Shown one piece after another: positions 26,339-32,000 of a stretch of 32,000 nucleotides of DNA. The DNA lies in contig NZ_CP142525.1 of assembly GCF_051097895.1 (NCBI RefSeq), positions 660,001 to 692,000 on the forward strand. Direction: 5' to 3'. The translations under genes were made by a program, and so were the position numbers. Each line of letters begins with the position of its first letter. Position 1 is the first letter of the stretch. Under the pieces are notes generated by a model. The model searched no databases. It had not been told where the DNA came from and saw only the letters and a program-made list of their open reading frames with translations. Origin of the DNA: Psychrobacter sp. HD31. GTDB taxonomy: Bacteria; Pseudomonadota; Gammaproteobacteria; Pseudomonadales; Moraxellaceae.

Positions 26339-26414
26339 TGGTGGGTGATGACGGATTCGAACCGCCGACATTCTGCGTGTAAGGCAGACGCTCTACCAAC
26401 TGAGCTAATCACCC
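26339..26414 (-). tRNA. tRNA-Val (TAC)
   Basis: The reverse complement GGGTGATTAGCTCAGTTGGTAGAGCGTCTGCCTTACACGCAGAATGTCGGCGGTTCGAATCCGTCATCACCCACCA folds as a cloverleaf. Acceptor stem GGGTGAT/ATCACCC, anticodon loop CTTACAC, encoded CCA. Confidence 0.95.
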
Positions 26415-26466
26415 TCAACAAAAACAGCACCTAATTAACAATGCCTTATCTCGTTGTGTGCAGCGT

Positions 26467-26494
26467 ATTATATAGGTTTTATTATTTGTGTCAA
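26467..26494 (-). promoter_or_regulatory. Consensus sigma70 promoter for the tRNA operon
   Basis: On the minus strand: TTGACA (26494-26489), a 16-nt spacer, then TATAAT (26472-26467). An A/T-tract UP-like element lies upstream (about 26495-26525). A GC-rich discriminator (ACGCTGC) follows the -10. The -10 lies about 52 nt upstream of the mature tRNA-Val 5' end. Confidence 0.7.
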
Positions 26495-26589
26495 TTATTT
26501 TTTTTGAAAAAAAACAAAAAAAATTACGCTTTCAAGCAAGCTTTCTATAAGTTATTATTTACAAACAAATTCTTCAAACAACTAAAATC

Positions 26590-27297
26590 ATGTCTTCTAT
26601 TAAAGCACTTCAAAATAACTTAAAAAGATATTGGCAACTACCCTATCACAACAACACTAACCTTGCAGATAAGCTTTGGCAAGTGCAAAAATGGCAAAGA
26701 AACCGCATTTTTAAAACACATGCCAAACTGTTTGCCATGCCACAAAACAAAGATATGGCGAATTATTTTGTCAATGACTTATATGGCGGTGCTGATTTTC
26801 ATATCATGGCAAAACAACTTGAAACGATTTTACCTAAAGCTAAACTATTTGAAAAACTCATACCAAAAAATGCATTAGAAACAGGCACGCTAGGCATTTA
26901 TGCTGCTGTAGAAGCCATTGAATTAGACTTGCAACTAGCAGAATGGTTACAAACTAACCATTTAAATGTCAATCACGATAACATGCTCAACGCTTATCAA
27001 ACCGTAAATGCAAAAAGTGCACGTAAACAACAAATCGAAACCATGAAGCACATGTGTTATCGTACTGATAAATATATTAATGCGTTTGTTTTGCAAAAGG
27101 CTTTTTCATTATCTAAAAATGCAGCCTATAGTCAAGGATTGCAACCTCTATATGATTTTGTAGATACTGGATTTGTTGCTATGAGACAACTCACCAGCAT
27201 TGCAGATTTTATTGAGCCTTTTGCTAAAAAAGAGCTTGCTATTATTGAGCATGTTCATAGCAAAAATCATCATGGCAAAGTTGATCCTTTTAACTAG
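26590..27297 (+). CDS. Conserved hypothetical, predicted all-helical protein
   Basis: 235-aa uninterrupted ORF with coding-like composition, 86 nt upstream of ubiE on the same strand. The segment ANYFVNDLYGGADF resembles the motif of a family I recall being named FFLEELY-motif protein, which is unverified. Confidence 0.55.
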   Translation: MSSIKALQNNLKRYWQLPYHNNTNLADKLWQVQKWQRNRIFKTHAKLFAMPQNKDMANYFVNDLYGGADFHIMAKQLETILPKAKLFEKLIPKNALETGTLGIYAAVEAIELDLQLAEWLQTNHLNVNHDNMLNAYQTVNAKSARKQQIETMKHMCYRTDKYINAFVLQKAFSLSKNAAYSQGLQPLYDFVDTGFVAMRQLTSIADFIEPFAKKELAIIEHVHSKNHHGKVDPFN

Positions 27298-27383
27298 CAT
27301 TTTATAAAGATTTTAATCAGCCTTTGTAGTATCATAGTAAACAATAAAATTGATTTTAACCCTCACTTTAAAGAGTCTATATC

Positions 27384-28220
27384 ATGACAGAATCAAGCCT
27401 TAATAATGACAATTTTTCTCAAGCTTCTGACTTACCTAATGGCACACCTCAAGGTCAGCAAAATATACAAACAGATGCTGAAGAAACCACCCATTTTGGT
27501 TATAAAACCGTCAAAAAAAGTGAGAAAGAAGAAAAAGTTGCAGAGGTTTTTACTTCTGTAGCTAGCAAGTATGACATTATGAATGATTTGATGTCATTTG
27601 GTATTCACCGTTTATGGAAACGTTATGCTATCAGCCTAACCGGTGTGCGTTCTGGACAGCATGTTTTAGATATTGCTGGCGGTACAGGTGATTTATCAAA
27701 AGTATTTAGTAAAGAAGTAGGACGCACAGGTAAAGTTGTACTGTCAGATATTAACGCCGCCATGCTAGAAGTTGGTCGAGAACGACTTATTAATGCTGGG
27801 TGTAACAATGTTGATTTTGTACTAGCAAATGCAGAAACGCTAGAACCGTTTGAAGATAACTCTTTTGATTTAGTTACCATCAGTTTTGGTTTACGTAATG
27901 TAACTGATAAAGATGCAGCGCTTCGCTCAATGTATCGTGTACTTAAACCAGGTGGTCGATTACTGGTACTTGAGTTTTCAAAACCCAAATATGCGCCTTT
28001 ATCAAAAGCCTATGACCTATATTCATTCAGTGCTTTGCCGATTATGGGCAAATTGGTAGCAAACGATAGTGAAAGTTATCAATACTTAGCAGAATCTATC
28101 CGTATGCATCCAGACCAAAACACCCTTAAGCAAATGATGGAAAATGCAGGCTTTAGTAACTGTGATTACCATAACTTAACCGGTGGTATTGTTGCCGTTC
28201 ACCGTGGCTTTAAACGCTAA
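27384..28220 (+). CDS. ubiE: Ubiquinone/menaquinone biosynthesis C-methyltransferase UbiE
   Basis: TTHFGYKTV...[27 protein letters not shown]...[11 protein letters not shown]...[11 protein letters not shown]...[14 protein letters not shown] is collinear with E. coli UbiE. It has a roughly 30-aa low-complexity N-terminal extension. Confidence 0.93.
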   Translation: MTESSLNNDNFSQASDLPNGTPQGQQNIQTDAEETTHFGYKTVKKSEKEEKVAEVFTSVASKYDIMNDLMSFGIHRLWKRYAISLTGVRSGQHVLDIAGGTGDLSKVFSKEVGRTGKVVLSDINAAMLEVGRERLINAGCNNVDFVLANAETLEPFEDNSFDLVTISFGLRNVTDKDAALRSMYRVLKPGGRLLVLEFSKPKYAPLSKAYDLYSFSALPIMGKLVANDSESYQYLAESIRMHPDQNTLKQMMENAGFSNCDYHNLTGGIVAVHRGFKR

Positions 28221-28256
28221 TTTAGCGATTAACAAACCATAAAAAAGGATAACGCG

Positions 28257-28946
28257 ATGATACTTGTACTGTTATTGGCTGGTGTAGAAAAACTGGTTAA
28301 CTTTGCTATTAAATCAGATGAAATTACCAAAGCTGGATTGTTTCCACTTTCTGGCAAGTCACTACGCTTAAATATGGGTAAGCCACAACTCCACCTTGAT
28401 ATTTTGTTTCAAGATGAGCATATCCGATTTGAGCCAATAAAAAATGAGGATGTTTTTGAGGCTAAATTTAATGATGAGCGAGTACAAGCGCAATCAGACT
28501 ATGCTCAACTTGGGCATAGCCGCCCAGATTGCACCTTAACCGTTGCAAACCCTGCCGAGCTACTCAACCTTATCCGCAACCCAGAAGGTAACTTACCCAT
28601 CGAAGGCGATTATAAAGTGCTGATGCAGGTACGTGAATTGGTTGCTGGCTTTAGCCCAGATTTTGCAGCCCAATTAGAGCCATTTATTGGCGTTGCCCTG
28701 GCAAGTCAACTTTCTTTAGTTATTAGCCAACTAAAAGGCAATATTAGCCACACAGCAAAAAATACATTTGAAGAAGTTGCAGACTGGGCAAACGATGTGG
28801 CAGGCAATAGCAAGCCAGATCCTGATATGCAAGCCGAAGTGAATGACTTGTACCAGCAACTACTAAAACTACAAGCAGATGTAGCACGTGAGCAAGCAAA
28901 GTTAGATGCGATTAAGGAAGAACAAGTAAGATTACAAAATAAATGA
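28257..28946 (+). CDS. ubiJ: Ubiquinone biosynthesis accessory factor UbiJ (SCP2 domain)
   Basis: It sits between ubiE and ubiB. SCP2-like N-domain (LSGKSLRLNMGKPQLHLDILF...IEGDYKVLMQVRELV) and a C-terminal coiled coil (LYQQLLKLQADVAREQAKLDAIKEE), as in E. coli YigP/UbiJ. AAGGA RBS. Confidence 0.8.
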   Translation: MILVLLLAGVEKLVNFAIKSDEITKAGLFPLSGKSLRLNMGKPQLHLDILFQDEHIRFEPIKNEDVFEAKFNDERVQAQSDYAQLGHSRPDCTLTVANPAELLNLIRNPEGNLPIEGDYKVLMQVRELVAGFSPDFAAQLEPFIGVALASQLSLVISQLKGNISHTAKNTFEEVADWANDVAGNSKPDPDMQAEVNDLYQQLLKLQADVAREQAKLDAIKEEQVRLQNK

Positions 28947-28965
28947 AACAAGGACTAATTTTAGC

Positions 28966-29865
28966 ATGAAGCTAGTAGATAAAATAACACATCATCTAAC
29001 TTCTATCATCTTATATGGATCCTTTACATTATTCATCGCTTTTATTTGTTATGTAATTTATGTGGTTAGACTAACTCCATGCTCTGCCATTGGTTATCAA
29101 CAAACCATTCTTTTATATGTTGATAATACAATTGTAGAAGAATTAAACCATTATGAAAAAAAGAGAAATAAACTTTTTAATGATTTAATTCAAATAAAAT
29201 TGATGGAAGATAAAGACCTTGAATTAAACGCAGATAGCTTAGCAAGCCAACATGTATTATTCTCCAACGCTCTTTTTCATTACTCACAAAATCAATACCA
29301 ACAAAATACAAATATATCTGAGCAACAATTGAATCAAATAGACAGTTTTTATCTACAAAAAATTAAGCAAGTTCAACCAACATTTATAAAACCCGCATAC
29401 GAACCAATTGCCAATGATTATTATAAATTTCTAAGCAAACAGATAAAGCTTGATAAGGCTTACAAATATTTTTTATTTAATTATATCAATGGAAATTATG
29501 ACAGTATTATGTTCAACAAGAACAATGATATTCTTGCAAAAAAATATTTTGCAAAACTGTTTGAATTAGACAACCCTAATACGACAAAAAATCTTATCAA
29601 TGTCATTGATAACAATAGCCTTTATAGAAAAATATTTGAAACAGATAAACTTGTTTGCAAAGCTAATATCAACTACCCTAACAGTAACAACCTTTTAATA
29701 AGCTTCACCCCAAGTGCTAAAATGATAGGAAATATCCGCAGGGGGAATATCCGTTACAATACTTTTATTAATAAAATAACTCAAAATAATAAACCAATTA
29801 GCATAAAACAATATTGTCAAAACTTACTTAATTCTTATCAAAATTATAATTTTAAAGATTCATAG
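28966..29865 (+). CDS. Hypothetical N-terminally membrane-anchored protein (ORFan-like, N/K/Y-rich)
   Basis: 299-aa ORF with one N-terminal TM helix (IILYGSFTLFIAFICYVIYVV). AAGGA lies 12 nt upstream of the ATG. No motif recognised. Very AT-rich compared with the flanking ubi genes. Confidence 0.5.
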   Translation: MKLVDKITHHLTSIILYGSFTLFIAFICYVIYVVRLTPCSAIGYQQTILLYVDNTIVEELNHYEKKRNKLFNDLIQIKLMEDKDLELNADSLASQHVLFSNALFHYSQNQYQQNTNISEQQLNQIDSFYLQKIKQVQPTFIKPAYEPIANDYYKFLSKQIKLDKAYKYFLFNYINGNYDSIMFNKNNDILAKKYFAKLFELDNPNTTKNLINVIDNNSLYRKIFETDKLVCKANINYPNSNNLLISFTPSAKMIGNIRRGNIRYNTFINKITQNNKPISIKQYCQNLLNSYQNYNFKDS

Positions 29866-29938
29866 ATTTGTTTTTTCAATTCCCTAATCATGGTATTATG
29901 AACCTATTAAATTATTGAGTTTTGGATTTTTTTTCTGA

Positions 29939-31558
29939 ATGTTATTATCTCACCGAAAACGCTTATTTGAGCTTTGGCGCATTGCTGCCAAATACCGCCT
30001 TGACACTCACCTCCCTATTGAAGAAGCACCTCAGTTAAAAAAAATAGCAAGGCTAATAAAATCCCACCCCGCTGCCATTGGTAAAAAACCAAAAGAACTA
30101 GGCGTTAAATTGGCATTAGAAGAAATGGGTACCCTGTTTCTTAAACTGGGTCAATTATTGTCAACTCGCCGTGATTTAGTGCCTCCACAAGTTATTAGCC
30201 AACTAGAGCTGTTGCAAGATAAAGTCAAACCGTTTGATATAGATATTGCTATTGCTCAAATTGAAGATAGCAAAAAAGGGCTTGGTAAACCAGTGGCAGA
30301 GCTGTTTGCACGTTTTGATACCAAACCACTCGCCGCCGCGTCAATTGCTCAAGTGCATACCGCTGCACTACCAGATGGTCGTGAGGTTGTCGTTAAAGTA
30401 ACACGTCCCGATATTAGAGAAACAATCATCCAAGATTTTGAGTTGCTTAGAGACTTGGCAAAATGGGCATCTGACCGTGTAGAGGCAGCAAGAGCGGTTC
30501 ATATCATTGACATTGTTGAAGACTACCGACAAATCATGCTCAATGAGCTTGATTTAACTTTAGAAGCTGGCAACACCACTAAAATGCGTAATAACTTTAT
30601 TGGCTCTAACATGATATATGTGCCAGAAGTGTATGAAGCCAATACCAATGTGATGGTAATGGAGCGCATTACCGGTGTTCCTATTTCTCATACCCACGTC
30701 TTTGATGAGCTAGGCTATGATAGAGCTCGCCTTGCCGAAAAAGGTTTGACCATCTTTTTTACGCAGGTATTTCGTGATAACTTCTTCCACGCTGACATGC
30801 ATCCAGGCAATGTGTTTGTAGAAACCACAGCAAAAACAGACCCTCGTTATATCGGGCTTGATTGCGCCATCATGGGTGAGCTGTCAAAAGATGACCAGCT
30901 TGTCGTTGCCCGTATGCTGCTAGCAGTGATGAACAATAACTTTACAGGCTTGGTTGATATTGTGTATCGTGCAGGCTGGATACCACCTGATACCGATAAA
31001 CATGCATTAATGCGTGACATGCGTCGCACCATTTCTCCCATGGTGCAAAAACCAATCAATGAAATAGATTTTGCTGGTGTGTTGATGCAAATACTTGACA
31101 TTGCACGACGCCATCACATGAGTATCCCACCTCAGTTGATGCTATTGCTTAAAACCTTAGTACATGTTGAAGGGCTTGGACGTGATTTGTATCCAGATTT
31201 AGACATCTGGTCACTTGCAAAACCGATTTTAACCAGCTGGGTTAAAGAGCAATTAGACCCTATTCGCAATTTACAACACATCCGTCAACAACTCCCTGAG
31301 CTTTTATTATCATCAACCGATTTACCTAAACTCGTCGATAAAGGTCTACAAAGTTTGGCATCTGCTGGCTCCCGTCAAGAAATGCAGCTAAGAGAGATGC
31401 AACAACTAAGAGCGGATATGCTTAATGACAGACGCAACGATTGGATTGCACTCGCAGGGCTTGCCATTAGTATTGGGGTTGCCACCCAAGTTAACTGGTT
31501 TGCACCTATATTTTATTTTATTGCCATCTGCTTTGTTATTTGGCGCATTTTTAGATAG
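29939..31558 (+). CDS. ubiB: Ubiquinone biosynthesis regulatory protein kinase UbiB (ABC1/ADCK family)
   Basis: LEEMGTLFLKLGQLLSTRRDLVPPQVISQLELLQDKVKPFD is collinear with E. coli UbiB. Also AAASIAQVH, FFHADMHPGNVF and two C-terminal TM helices. Confidence 0.93.
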   Translation: MLLSHRKRLFELWRIAAKYRLDTHLPIEEAPQLKKIARLIKSHPAAIGKKPKELGVKLALEEMGTLFLKLGQLLSTRRDLVPPQVISQLELLQDKVKPFDIDIAIAQIEDSKKGLGKPVAELFARFDTKPLAAASIAQVHTAALPDGREVVVKVTRPDIRETIIQDFELLRDLAKWASDRVEAARAVHIIDIVEDYRQIMLNELDLTLEAGNTTKMRNNFIGSNMIYVPEVYEANTNVMVMERITGVPISHTHVFDELGYDRARLAEKGLTIFFTQVFRDNFFHADMHPGNVFVETTAKTDPRYIGLDCAIMGELSKDDQLVVARMLLAVMNNNFTGLVDIVYRAGWIPPDTDKHALMRDMRRTISPMVQKPINEIDFAGVLMQILDIARRHHMSIPPQLMLLLKTLVHVEGLGRDLYPDLDIWSLAKPILTSWVKEQLDPIRNLQHIRQQLPELLLSSTDLPKLVDKGLQSLASAGSRQEMQLREMQQLRADMLNDRRNDWIALAGLAISIGVATQVNWFAPIFYFIAICFVIWRIFR

Positions 31559-31620
31559 ATGTGTCACTAAAACTACTTGTTAATGCTATGAACCGAATGA
31601 ACACTATTTACAGTTAAAAA

Positions 31621-31655
31621 TAAAAGCCCCAAAAACCAAAAGTTTTTGGGGCTTT
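31621..31655. terminator. Bidirectional rho-independent terminator (ubiB / frdD-like convergent pair)
   Basis: AAAAGCCCCAAAAAC (31621-31635) pairs perfectly with GTTTTTGGGGCTTTT (31641-31655) around the loop CAAAA. The A/T runs inside and outside the stem give U-tracts on both strands. Confidence 0.8.
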
Positions 31656-31762
31656 TAAATTCATCAACTGACAGTTTTTTTAATATTCATGACTATAAGC
31701 AGCATCGTGAATGCGTTATACCTAACTTTTTAAAACGATTTATTCTAGTGTGGGATTTTAAG

Positions 31763-32000
31763 TTAAGCAACCAAACCAAAATACAAGGTTAATAAAAACG
31801 CTACAATTGCAAAAGCATAAAAGAATAAACGAACACCATTGCCAACATGAATATGCATGTCATGCAAAATATAATAAAAGCGGTGTACACCATGCCAAAG
31901 CAAGGTAAAAATAAGCCCAGCAAGCACAATAAACACAACTGGATGTGCTATAACACCATGCACATTATTAAAAAATGCTTCGCTACTGCCCAAAATACCC
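31763..32000 (-). CDS. frdD: Fumarate reductase membrane anchor subunit D-like protein, 3' part (partial, continues beyond the right edge)
   Basis: LLWHGVHRFYYILHDMHIHVGNGVRLFFYAFAIVAFLLTLYFGLV aligns with E. coli FrdD [42 protein letters not shown]. The frame stays open to nt 32000. The track start at 31993 is a TTG and is probably an internal Leu. Confidence 0.6.
   Translation of the reverse strand, partial: GILGSSEAFFNNVHGVIAHPVVFIVLAGLIFTLLWHGVHRFYYILHDMHIHVGNGVRLFFYAFAIVAFLLTLYFGLVA

Noticed and set aside
26169-26399. 76-aa ORF on the minus strand.
   Set aside because: It is simply the translation of the tRNA-Asp and tRNA-Val genes plus their spacer, and both tRNAs fold as canonical cloverleaves. 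It is not a CDS.
22276-26414. A tRNA-adjacent genomic island hypothesis for the lipid A modification module.
   Set aside because: No integrase, transposase or excisionase is present. I could not find a second copy of either tRNA 3' end that would mark an att site. The composition of these genes is similar to the housekeeping flanks.
26441-26623. 60-aa ORF rich in K, F and L on the plus strand.
   Set aside because: It overlaps the consensus tRNA promoter and UP-element A/T tracts and runs into the start of the 26590 gene. Its composition reflects homopolymer A/T runs, and it has no RBS.
29731-29760. Near-direct repeat GGAAATATCCG / GGAATATCCG, encoding GNIRRGNIR, inside the ORFan.
   Set aside because: It is short and imperfect, sits within a coding frame, and has no symmetry or partner elsewhere. 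It is probably a chance or local peptide repeat.
1-32000. Window-wide scan for CRISPR arrays, IS elements or transposases, integrases, prophage genes, toxin-antitoxin pairs, rRNA and known riboswitch cores.
   Set aside because: I saw no regularly spaced repeats, no transposase, integrase or phage-like ORFs, no rRNA-like sequence and no recognisable riboswitch consensus. The scan was by eye only, so short or degenerate elements could be missed.

Overview
This is an AT-rich gammaproteobacterial chromosomal segment. The gene content looks Moraxellaceae-like (heptose-free LOS glycosyltransferase set beside aspS, DUF1543, ubiE-ubiJ-ubiB), but that taxon call is inference only. All homology calls come from motifs recognised by eye, with no searches run.

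Layout:
- 0-4.8 kb: housekeeping genes (partial CDS, DASS/SLC13 transporter, OmpA-family lipoprotein, fabI, folE).
- 4.9-8.4 kb: a small accessory pocket holding a WYL-domain regulator with a divergent TerD-like gene, a voltage-gated K+ channel and a DUF1543 protein.
- 8.5-11.5 kb: sohB and aspS.
- 11.7-22.1 kb: an aspS-anchored lipooligosaccharide (LOS) locus in two convergent gene blocks. The + block is an LpxL-family acyltransferase, a putative GT, a YrbL kinase-like protein, a WaaZ-like protein and a GT25. The - block is galE, licD-like, tagD, GT32, GT25, GT4 and an ATP-grasp amidoligase. The stretch from about 13.4 to 21.1 kb is visibly more AT-rich than its flanks.
- 22.3-26.1 kb: a four-gene module (GT39 ArnT-like, GT2, GtrA, YdjC-type deacetylase) matching the logic of known lipid A hexosamine modification pathways.
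- 26.2-26.5 kb: a tRNA-Val/tRNA-Asp operon with a consensus sigma70 promoter and a strong terminator.
- 26.6-31.6 kb: a ubiquinone operon, ubiE-ubiJ-[ORFan]-ubiB, interrupted by a very AT-rich 299-aa membrane-anchored ORF.
- Right edge: the 3' end of a frdD-like gene.

I saw no CRISPR array, transposase, integrase or rRNA.

Best candidates for something under-described:
- the WYL + TerD-like cassette;
- the tagD + licD and ATP-grasp decorations in the LOS locus;
- the YrbL/WaaZ-like pair;
- the ORFan inside the ubi operon.

None of these can be proven novel from sequence alone.
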